Assembly (NCBI GenBank): GCA_029856155.1
Contig: JAHQWL010000040.1
Span: 32,001-96,000, forward strand
Origin: Promethearchaeia archaeon
Lineage (GTDB): Archaea; Asgardarchaeota; Lokiarchaeia; Sigyniarchaeales; SOKP01
Direction: 5' to 3'
Length of the DNA: 64,000 nt
Of this stretch, positions 48,980 through 57,454 are shown piece by piece. The notes under the pieces were generated by a model that saw only the letters and a program-made list of their open reading frames with translations, was not told the origin of the DNA and made no database searches. Within the stretch, counting starts at the first letter, position 1. Every line of letters begins with the position of its first letter. Made by a program: the position numbers and the translations under genes.

Positions 48980-50392
48980 TTGAGTGATTTAGAAGGTTTA
49001 ACTAGAAGGTTAATGGAAAAGGGTTTTAGAAAGGAAGAAATTATTTTACGGCTTGTTAAGGAATATATGGATTTTAAAGACATTAAACAAGAGTCCGCAA
49101 CTCTTCTTGCTGAAGCGATTTATGAAGAATGTAAAAAGAGTGATATTAGGATTGTTTCAGATCCCTTTATGAGATATTTATTAGATATTAATAAGTCAAA
49201 TGTGACCATTGGAAAACAAGGAGTGGGTTGTAGGGGGTCAGGCGACTTTTTTGTTCATAAGCTCATTGCAGAGCTATCTGAAACAGAGAAGAGAGCATAC
49301 TTATCACCTAGCTCTTTAGATGATGCTGGTGCTGTGAGAATTAGTGATATTGAAGGTTTTAAAGCAGAAGATGATTTAATCATTGTATCTAAAATGGAAG
49401 GAATTCATAGTCGCTTAAGCGACTTTCCATTCTTGTGTGGTTTTCACGTAATTTCATGCAATACATTTGCGTGAAGCGTATCGAGAGCCGCACTACGAGA
49501 TCTCTATGTCAAAGGAGCAAAACCAATTTCCATTATGGTTGATGTTCATTTAGGAGATGATGCTGATGTTGGTAAACTCTTAGATTTTATGGCAGGAATT
49601 TCCACAATTGCAGAACTTACTGATGTACCTATAACGGCAGGCTCAACTTTAAGAATTGGAGGTGATATGGTTATTGGAAATAGACTTGTAGGAGGGATTG
49701 GGGCCGTTGGTATTGCTGAGGGTAAACTATTTGCTCGAAGGAATATAAAAAAAGGAGATAAAATACTTATGACTGAAGGTGCAGGAGGTGGAACAATCAC
49801 AACCACTGCAATTTATTCAGGAAACCATCATGTTGTTAAAGAAACGTTGAATATTAAATTTCTTGAAGCTTGCAAAGTAATCTTAAATTCAAATTATATA
49901 AATGAAATTCATGCAATGTGCGATGTGACGAACGGAGGGCTCAGAGGAGATCTCTATGAGATTAATTATGAAGCTAAATGTGGAGTAACAATTTATGAAC
50001 AAGAAGTAAGAAAACTTGTAAATCCGATTGTTCTTGAATTACTTGAAAAAGTATCGGTTGATTATTTAGGGGTTTCTTTAGACGCACTGCTAATTTATTG
50101 TTCTGAGGATGTTTCCAATAAAATAATTTCAGATTTAAGAGAAAATGGTATAAAATGTTCTGAAATTGGGTATGTTGATGATTCGAACCAAATAAAAATG
50201 ATTTTTGCGAAAGATAAACAAGAAAATATTTTGCCTCGATTTCGGGAATCAGCTTACACCAAAATAAAACAAGAAATAGGAGAACAAGCACCAGAATCTA
50301 AAGAAGAAATGGAAAATGATATACAAGTGACTGCTTCAAATGCGATAAAGAAACGAAATAAGATAATAAAATATATAAAAAGTCAAAACTAA
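48980..50392 (+). CDS. AIR synthase/PurM-like (selenophosphate synthetase-related) protein, spliced: exons 48980-49451 and 49482-50392, ~460 aa
   Basis: GVGCRGSGDF, LDDAG, EGIHSRLSDFPF, RAALRD, GSTLRIGGDMV, GAGGGT, MCDVTNGG; the two ORF-track pieces are in the same frame and separated by one UGA inside a BHB-bounded insert. Confidence 0.85.
49452..49481 (+). other. Candidate 30-nt archaeal bulge-helix-bulge intron in an mRNA
   Basis: 11-bp exon stem (49435-45/49483-93), 4-bp helix ACGU/GCGU (49446-49/49476-79), 3-nt bulges AAU (49450-52) and AUC (49480-82), 9-bp intron stem (49453-61/49467-75). Confidence 0.85.
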
Positions 50393-50398
50393 AGCTAA

Positions 50399-51226
50399 TT
50401 ATAAATCTAAATTGAGAACTTGATTCATAGAACCCGAGCGAAATCCTGCTAGATCTACCGTAACATAAATAAATCCAAGATTTCTTAACTTTTCTCTAAT
50501 TTTTTTCATATTTTGTTCAGTTAAGACTTTTGGGAGATCGCTTTGTAGAAATTCAATTCTCCCTAAATTGTTCTCATGTAATCTGACTCTCAACTGCTTT
50601 AAGTTGAATTTATTTTTTAGGAACCTCTCCGCTTCTCTTATCATCATTAATTTTTCTTCATTTATAATTTGCCCATATGGAATTCGAGAAGAGAAGCATG
50701 CCATTGATGGTTTAGATTGAACATATAAATTATAAAATCTGCAAATCTCTCTTATCTCATTCTTATTAATTTTGAAATCAATATATGGTGTAGATATTTT
50801 TAGCTCTTCTAGGGCTTGCATTCCAGGCCTATAATCCGAAAGATCATCAATGTTTGAACCATCTAATATTATATCAAAATGTTTTTTGTTTTTTATTTCA
50901 AGGATATCATTATATAATACAGTTTTACAAATATAGCATCTATTTGAAGGATTACATTGGAATTCTTCGTTTTTTAAGGGATCTCGTTCAAGGATCATAT
51001 GATTTATATCATAATTATTAGCAAATTGTATGGCCTCATTGATTTCTTCTTCAGGATAAAGAACTGAACTTTCAGTTATAAGAAGAGTGTCTCTAGCATA
51101 TTTTTTTGAGAGAAAGGCTAAAAGGGAACTATCAACACCCCCAGAAAAAGCTACTATTACCTTTTTTCCTTCCAAAAAAGATATGATATTCTTTAACTTT
51201 TTTTCTATTATATTAGGCAAATCCAT
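50399..51226 (-). CDS. larE: ATP-dependent sacrificial sulfur transferase LarE family
   Basis: PP-loop AFSGGVDS, RCYICK, DGSN.DD..DYRPG, ACFSSRIPYG, RVRLH, GFRSGSMN. Confidence 0.9.
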   Translation of the reverse strand: MDLPNIIEKKLKNIISFLEGKKVIVAFSGGVDSSLLAFLSKKYARDTLLITESSVLYPEEEINEAIQFANNYDINHMILERDPLKNEEFQCNPSNRCYICKTVLYNDILEIKNKKHFDIILDGSNIDDLSDYRPGMQALEELKISTPYIDFKINKNEIREICRFYNLYVQSKPSMACFSSRIPYGQIINEEKLMMIREAERFLKNKFNLKQLRVRLHENNLGRIEFLQSDLPKVLTEQNMKKIREKLRNLGFIYVTVDLAGFRSGSMNQVLNLDL

Positions 51227-51381
51227 AATTAATTGTTATATTATTGAGGTTAATATCTAATAAAAGGAACCCAAGGTTTATAACTTCACAATTTTAATTG
51301 ATAAGAGTTTTAATAAAAATATTAATAATTTAGTATGAATCTTAAAAATAAAAGAATATACATGACGCTATTGCAATAAGC

Positions 51382-51389
51382 TTTATATA
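51382..51389 (+). promoter_or_regulatory. Candidate TATA box for leaderless small gene
   Basis: TTTATATA preceded by purine-rich CAATAAG, ~24 nt upstream of ATG 51413. Confidence 0.45.
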
Positions 51390-51412
51390 TATAGAATATA
51401 ATAAGTTATAAT

Positions 51413-51550
51413 ATGGACAAAAAATGGTATATCTTAATTGGAATTATTATAGTAGTTATTATAATTATTATTGTTCTATTTGCTACCAAGGTTGTTTTGA
51501 TACCGGGTATAAACGACGGTGGTGGCGGTGGTGGTGGAATTTTTGGTTGA
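51413..51550 (+). CDS. 45-aa single-TM protein with poly-Gly tail (not in ORF track)
   Basis: MDKKWYILIGIIIVVIIIIIVLFATKVVLIPGINDGGGGGGGIFG; GGN codon run stands out in AT-rich intergenic DNA. Confidence 0.7.
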   Translation: MDKKWYILIGIIIVVIIIIIVLFATKVVLIPGINDGGGGGGGIFG

Positions 51551-51598
51551 TAAAAGTAGATGATTATTAGATAATAGGAAAAAAAATTGATAAAGATA

Positions 51599-52888
51599 TC
51601 AATAAAAATCTGATTTAAATTTTTGAAGTTTACTTACTTTGTAAAAATTCCCAATCATGCTCCCTAATATCGCAATTATGATTCCGATTATTACCCAGAA
51701 ATATATAATATAAGCTAAATTATTGGTATCATATGGAATTTCAGTAATGAGTCTCCCTGAAAACAGAGAAATAGGAAATATCTCAGGATTGTTTAAAAGA
51801 ATTAATAATATTGGGATAAATGTTAATGAAAAAAGAGCTTCTAGTACTAACATCACTTGCTGTCCCGTATAATTCCTCACTCCAATAATTAAGCGAATTA
51901 AGTTAATTAATCCACCAATAACTATAAATAATCCAAATATCTTCAACCAATCCAAGAATTCTATCTTAAAAAGGCCTGGAATTTCAGCAAAAGGCTGAAT
52001 TATAATAATTAATCCAAAGATTAAACCCGCAATAGCTCCAAAAATTAATTCTCCTACTGTAACTGGCTGTTTTTTTCTTAATTCTCTTTTCATTTTGGCT
52101 GCTTCTTTTCTTTCCTCTCTACGTTGTTTAGCTCTTTCTAATTTTTCTTCTCTTCGCATTTTTGCTTCTAGTAGCTTTTGTTCTGTTCGTAATTGTGCCG
52201 TTGCTAGTTTTTCTTTTGTAACTGCTTTAATTTCAGCTAATTTTTCTTTTGTACGAATTCGGGCTCCTATAATAGTTTCTTTAGCTTTTTGTTTTGCTTC
52301 TTCTAATTTAATTTTTGTATATTCTCGAGTTTCTTGAAGTCCTTTTTCTGATATATGGAATGGGAATATTAAAGCCAATCGTGAAGGAATTACACCAAAA
52401 TCTTCGGGTAAAAATCCCTCCATAGAAAAATAAACAAATATGACTGTTATTACAAGAGCAGTAATCAAACAACCAATCCACATTCCTGAAAACATTTCTC
52501 CTAAGCTTATTAACCAATTTAAAGGTTGAAAAATAATCTTAAAAATTGAGACAATGATATTAATAGCAATGACAATTAGGAAGAAAAAAAGCATCGTTCT
52601 TATGTAAAAGTCAAAAATTTCTCCTGTTATATATAGTTTTGGTGTACCTCGGCTTTTGTATATTTTAGCAATACTTTCTGGAGTACCAATTTGTAAAAGT
52701 GCTTGCTGTATATCAAAATCAGATGGCTCACGTCCTTCAGCGATATTTCTTGCTTCATCTAGAATTTGAGTTTCTAAATCTTTTAAAATTTTATCAGTTT
52801 CTTCTTTTTTTAGTTTTAACCATTCAGGAAGTTTTTTATATACCTGAGTAAGATAGTTATTTATCATTTCATGCTCAGAATAGTTCAT
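51599..52888 (-). CDS. HAAS-like N-terminal domain membrane protein with 11-residue helical repeats
   Basis: YL..V..KLPEWLK...G.P..IA..YK.RGTPK; paralog of 56306-57361. Confidence 0.75.
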   Translation of the reverse strand: MNYSEHEMINNYLTQVYKKLPEWLKLKKEETDKILKDLETQILDEARNIAEGREPSDFDIQQALLQIGTPESIAKIYKSRGTPKLYITGEIFDFYIRTMLFFFLIVIAINIIVSIFKIIFQPLNWLISLGEMFSGMWIGCLITALVITVIFVYFSMEGFLPEDFGVIPSRLALIFPFHISEKGLQETREYTKIKLEEAKQKAKETIIGARIRTKEKLAEIKAVTKEKLATAQLRTEQKLLEAKMRREEKLERAKQRREERKEAAKMKRELRKKQPVTVGELIFGAIAGLIFGLIIIIQPFAEIPGLFKIEFLDWLKIFGLFIVIGGLINLIRLIIGVRNYTGQQVMLVLEALFSLTFIPILLILLNNPEIFPISLFSGRLITEIPYDTNNLAYIIYFWVIIGIIIAILGSMIGNFYKVSKLQKFKSDFY

Positions 52889-53023
52889 TTTAAATCCTCT
52901 AATTTTTAAATAAGATGATGAAAATTATGTTTTAACTAGTTTAAATCCTAGGTGTTTATTAAACTATTGGAGTCCATTTTTCAATAAGTAATCTCTAATT
53001 CAGGAAAAAGAAAAAAATCTGGT

Positions 53024-53803
53024 TTACCATTTAAAGTCAGGATTGAAAAAGAGAAGTGAATTTAACTTTTGTAAAGTAATGAAAACAATAACATAATACC
53101 ACGCAAGTGAGCTAAACATGAGTATCCACTCAAGAAACTGTCTTGTTAATGGTGCTGGGGATATTATGTATAAGATAGACGCAGTAGATGGTCCTAATAT
53201 CATGAAATACCCTACGACTTTCGGAAATATTCTTTTCCTTAATACAATTGCTAAACCCGTAAAAAATGCGCCGAAAGCAAATCCACCAAATGCTGATGTT
53301 GAGAAATAATAATGTAAATCAAATGGAGATCGTTCTAAACTAAATACTCCTACAAAAAACATACCAATAACACCAACAAGAAGACATACGACTCCTGTAT
53401 AACCAAATATTCTTCTAAATAAGATTGTATAATATTCCTTCTTTGAGTTGTCTAATTTATAATTTTGATGTGTACTATATAATCGACTTAAATTCAGAAT
53501 TAAAGGGACGATAAAGATTGCACTTAATATACATGTTAAGTCTAATATAAAGGGAGCGGGAGTATATATAAGAGATCCTAAATCACTTATCCAATTATAC
53601 CATACACTATATTCAAGAGAACCAAAATTAATTGCAACGATTAATCCCGTAATTAATCCTGGTAAAAATGTGATCAAACTAACATAAATTGAAATCTTAA
53701 CAATTTTTGGCTTAGTAAGCGTATCATATATATATTTACTGTTCTTTTTCATTTTTATGATAATCGGATCTATGAATTCCTTATATGAACTTTTTTGGCC
53801 CAT
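53024..53803 (-). CDS. DUF998-like membrane protein
   Basis: YS...NWISDLG, VGVF, H...S..AF, EW motifs; multiple TMs. Confidence 0.7.
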   Translation of the reverse strand: MGQKSSYKEFIDPIIIKMKKNSKYIYDTLTKPKIVKISIYVSLITFLPGLITGLIVAINFGSLEYSVWYNWISDLGSLIYTPAPFILDLTCILSAIFIVPLILNLSRLYSTHQNYKLDNSKKEYYTILFRRIFGYTGVVCLLVGVIGMFFVGVFSLERSPFDLHYYFSTSAFGGFAFGAFFTGLAIVLRKRIFPKVVGYFMILGPSTASILYIISPAPLTRQFLEWILMFSSLAWYYVIVFITLQKLNSLLFFNPDFKW

Positions 53804-54061
53804 ATTATAATACCCTTCTTATAATATTATTAACATTTTGTAAATTTAAAATTTATTCTACTCGGAAACTGAAATAAATTTTATCTTAACCCGTCTCCTT
53901 ATATATAAAATCAAATTACCGATATTTAATTGTTTTGATCTCCATAAACTAAATTGTTCTGATATTATTATTATTTAAAATTAGTATTGTATAAATAAAT
54001 ATATTAAATCATATACTGAATCTAAAGTAAGTTTCTCATATTAATAATTAATTGAAAGGCC

Positions 54062-55573
54062 TTAAGACTCAATTATTAGATTATTTTGTTTTGTTTCATT
54101 ATTATATTTAACCAAAAAAGTTTTTCCTACCAGTTCTTCTTTCTCTAGCTCTAAAAGAGTTTTTGAATCTGAGGGGAGCAGAGCAAAAGTACGTTCTCCA
54201 CTCTCTAACTTTCCCATTACGACACCCACTTCTGGGAAGCCCTTTCTGTTATATATTATTGAATATGCCTCTATTGTAAGATCTCCATTCGCTTTTTCAA
54301 TAGGTTCTGGCAGAATTTTCGCATTAATTTTTTGTTGTATATCATCATATTCATTTTCTTTCCAACCTATAGCAGGAGGTCTATTTCCATATATCCCAAT
54401 CGATTCTGATGTATTATATCCTCCATTTGCTAATATCATTATTTTCATCTTTGGATTTCTTTGAATTAATTCAATTGCAGAAACTATTGGATGCATTGAA
54501 TAACTACTGAAAGGTCCTCCAAAAAATGAAAGTCCTCCAGTTATTGTTAAATCACGTTGATCATCATCAGGAATTCCAATTTCTTGCCTAGCAATTTCAA
54601 CCATACAAGGAAAACAACTATAGAGATCAAAAGCATCTATATCCTCTAATTTTAGATCAGCTTGCTTTAATGCAAGTTGTGATGCTTTTCTTATTGCTGG
54701 TGAATCATATAACTGAGGACGTTGAGTCATATAAAAAATATTATGAAGATCAGCACCCCCCATTAGATAAACCCAAAATTTTCGATCAATCCCAAGATTT
54801 TGTGCAGTATTTTCATTTGTCATAATTATTGCTGCTGCTTGATCTACATAAAGGTTGGCAACCATACGTTTTGTATATGGATGACAAACTATGCGGTTAT
54901 CAGAACTAGGGGTAATTATTTCTTCTGCACTAAACTTATTTTGTATCCAAGCATAAGGATTTTGAGAAGCTATGCTAGAAAAACATTCATATCGCTTACC
55001 TATATGAACTGAGTGCTCTTTTAAACTTCTGCCGGAAGCAGCTCTTAGGGCAGTTTCGATCAGAGCATAGATATATGGGGGATTAGTAAGTTTATAACTG
55101 TTTTCAAACTTGCTTAGATAGAAAATAATTGCTTTCCGAGCTTTATTTGTTGCTTCTGGAGGTGGTTTTGGCCAATCCAAGATAATTTTATCCTTGTTAG
55201 CACGATATTTAGAATAAGATGCCTCTCCTCCGGCAATAAGAATAGCTTTACTTTCACCTAAAGAAATAGCTTTAGCAGCCTTATTGACTAATAATTGAGG
55301 TGTATTTCCACTTATAGGGGCGGTATAATATTGAACTGGTTTTATTCCAAGGAGTTGACTCAGTTTCCCTGGAGCATCCTCATAAATCCAACTAGAAATA
55401 GTTGACATATATATGGTGTCAATTATTTCTTTCAGACTATCTGCTTCTGAGATTATAAGGGCATTTTTACATGCTTTAGCAACTAAATTAAGTGGATCAA
55501 GCGGTATACGTTCATCTTTTTGTTGAGTAATTTGAGCGGCTCCAATGATAACAGGTGTATTTTTTTGATGCAT
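54062..55573 (-). CDS. Thiolase-like protein (non-canonical acetyl-CoA acetyltransferase family)
   Basis: GNTPQ, GGEA, ASQNP.AW, PYTK.M, VDQAAA, DLYSCFP, TGGL.FFGGP. Confidence 0.82.
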   Translation of the reverse strand: MHQKNTPVIIGAAQITQQKDERIPLDPLNLVAKACKNALIISEADSLKEIIDTIYMSTISSWIYEDAPGKLSQLLGIKPVQYYTAPISGNTPQLLVNKAAKAISLGESKAILIAGGEASYSKYRANKDKIILDWPKPPPEATNKARKAIIFYLSKFENSYKLTNPPYIYALIETALRAASGRSLKEHSVHIGKRYECFSSIASQNPYAWIQNKFSAEEIITPSSDNRIVCHPYTKRMVANLYVDQAAAIIMTNENTAQNLGIDRKFWVYLMGGADLHNIFYMTQRPQLYDSPAIRKASQLALKQADLKLEDIDAFDLYSCFPCMVEIARQEIGIPDDDQRDLTITGGLSFFGGPFSSYSMHPIVSAIELIQRNPKMKIMILANGGYNTSESIGIYGNRPPAIGWKENEYDDIQQKINAKILPEPIEKANGDLTIEAYSIIYNRKGFPEVGVVMGKLESGERTFALLPSDSKTLLELEKEELVGKTFLVKYNNETKQNNLIIES

Positions 55574-55680
55574 ATTTAGATTTAAGGGCTATTTCTAAAA
55601 ATTTAGGTTTTAATTAGTAAAAATTGGTGAAAATTTAAAGTTTTAAAAATTTTTACTTTGAAAAGAATAGTAAACTTTAA

Positions 55681-55701
55681 ATACTATACGTTGCATAGTA
55701 T
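55681..55701. promoter_or_regulatory. Candidate PadR operator
   Basis: ATACTAT-N7-ATAGTAT inverted repeat 54 nt upstream of the PadR gene, plus an extra ATACTAT half-site at 55709-55715. Confidence 0.55.
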
Positions 55702-55755
55702 CCATAGAATACTATATTATTAAATAAATTAAAAATTAAACTAAAAATTGAAACA

Positions 55756-56313
55756 ATGGAGTTGAAAAATTTGATAAAACGTGTAAGAGAATTAGATTCA
55801 AATGCATTAATAGCTTCACAGGAGTTCAGAGATTATGTAGAAAGACAAGAAACTGAGATTAATAGAGGAATAAGTTCACTTTGTATATTATCAATAATTA
55901 TTCAAGCAGGTGAAGAAGGTTCACATGGGTATAAAATTCTGAAAAATTTAACAGACCAAACAAATGAAATGTTAGTTATAGAAGAAGGAACACTCTATCC
56001 TATATTAAGAAAGTTAGAAGTCGATAATATTATAAAATCTGAAAGAGAAGAATCAGGAAGAAGGAGAAAATTTTACAGAGTTACTGATTATGGTAAAAAA
56101 GTCTTTAATCACCTTGCTGGATTTTATAGTAAATTAACTGAAGCTATTGCACCTTTATATGATATAAGCATTAATTTAAAATCAGAAAAATATTTATTTT
56201 GTCCAATGTGTGCCAACAAAATCGAATTTTCAAATTTAGAAGTTAGGTTTTGTGATGTTTGTGGAAATAATATTGAAAAAGAATTAAAAGAAAGAGGTTT
56301 AAGAAATGAGTGA
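55756..56313 (+). CDS. PadR family transcriptional regulator with C-terminal zinc ribbon
   Basis: HGYKI, EGTLYPILRKLE, RRKFYRVT..G; CPMC...CDVC. Confidence 0.9.
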   Translation: MELKNLIKRVRELDSNALIASQEFRDYVERQETEINRGISSLCILSIIIQAGEEGSHGYKILKNLTDQTNEMLVIEEGTLYPILRKLEVDNIIKSEREESGRRRKFYRVTDYGKKVFNHLAGFYSKLTEAIAPLYDISINLKSEKYLFCPMCANKIEFSNLEVRFCDVCGNNIEKELKERGLRNE

Positions 56314-57361
56314 AAAAGAAATGACAAATTTAATAAAAGGATATTTAAAGGAAGTTAAATCAAAATTACCCGAATGGCTTAAAGATAAGAAGGAACATAA
56401 GGAAATCTTGGCTGAACTTGAAGAACATATAAGGAGTAAGGCAGAAGAGTTATCTGAAACGGGTCAACCTACATTGGGATCTGTTCAAATGGCAATTTCC
56501 CATATGGGGAGCCCACAAAACATTGCGAAGGAATATAAACGACGAGGAACTCCAAAAGTTTATATCACTAAGGAAATGTGGCCATCTTATCTCAAAGTAC
56601 TAGGAATTGTGTTTGCTGTAGTTATTGGAATTACACTTATCTCACAAATTGTAGATTTCATTTTTGGGAATGTTGATTTTTGGCAATTATTCGGAAATAT
56701 AATTCAGGGAATACAAATTGGATGCCTTTCAACCTTTGCGATAATTACTATAATTTTTGTAGCGTTATCGATGGAGGGTTATTTTCCTGAAGACTTTAAA
56801 TCAAAGAAAATTCGAGAGAAGGAAAAACAACAAATTGAATTAGCACGGGAACAAGGAATTCCGATTTCAGTAATAAAGAAAAGACCGGTAAAACCCTATA
56901 TTAAACCCATTGGAGTTATTATTGGTGGTGTAATCGCTATAATTGTAGGGATTTTCTTTATAGTACTACCAATTCCGGCTATAACAAGCTTGATTGAAGC
57001 GGAATTTCTATTATACCTACAATTCGCAGGTCTATTCATTTTAGTTGAAGGGATCTTGGATTTAAGCAGAGGATTAATAGGAAATAGGCAATTCTTTACT
57101 CATCAGATTCTTCATGGAATTACAATAGGTGTAAAACTCGCATCAATATCAGTAGTAATCTTCATGATGATGAGACCAGAGATATTTCCAATATTATTCG
57201 TTAACGAACCTGGGGACAACCTTATAAATATAGGAGTTGCTCCAGAATACTATGCTATTTTCAGAGGAATTGCCGGTGTAATTATAGCTGTAATAGTACT
57301 AACTACAATTGAAGACTTCTATAGAATTTATAAGGCTGAAAAATACAAATTTTTGAAATAA
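56306..57361 (+). CDS. HAAS-like domain membrane protein, coupled to PadR
   Basis: Overlaps the PadR stop; YLKEVKSKLP...ELEEHI...MGSP..IA; several TMs. Confidence 0.8.
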   Translation: MSEKEMTNLIKGYLKEVKSKLPEWLKDKKEHKEILAELEEHIRSKAEELSETGQPTLGSVQMAISHMGSPQNIAKEYKRRGTPKVYITKEMWPSYLKVLGIVFAVVIGITLISQIVDFIFGNVDFWQLFGNIIQGIQIGCLSTFAIITIIFVALSMEGYFPEDFKSKKIREKEKQQIELAREQGIPISVIKKRPVKPYIKPIGVIIGGVIAIIVGIFFIVLPIPAITSLIEAEFLLYLQFAGLFILVEGILDLSRGLIGNRQFFTHQILHGITIGVKLASISVVIFMMMRPEIFPILFVNEPGDNLINIGVAPEYYAIFRGIAGVIIAVIVLTTIEDFYRIYKAEKYKFLK

Positions 57362-57454
57362 ATAATATTTTTTTTATTTTTTTTTATTTTCTCATTCTAT
57401 ACTATTTTAGGATTATTTTTGGTTAAATCCGTCTAAAAAAAAAAGGAGTTTTTT

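Noticed and set aside
49472-49474. UGA as selenocysteine in a SelD-like protein (Lokiarchaeia are known to use Sec)
   Set aside because: The UGA lies in the stem of a 30-nt insert bounded by a full BHB whose removal restores the family motif. Read-through would add 10 residues inside a conserved segment, and only 6 nt separate the stop from convergent larE with no SECIS recognised. Not formally excluded without an alignment.
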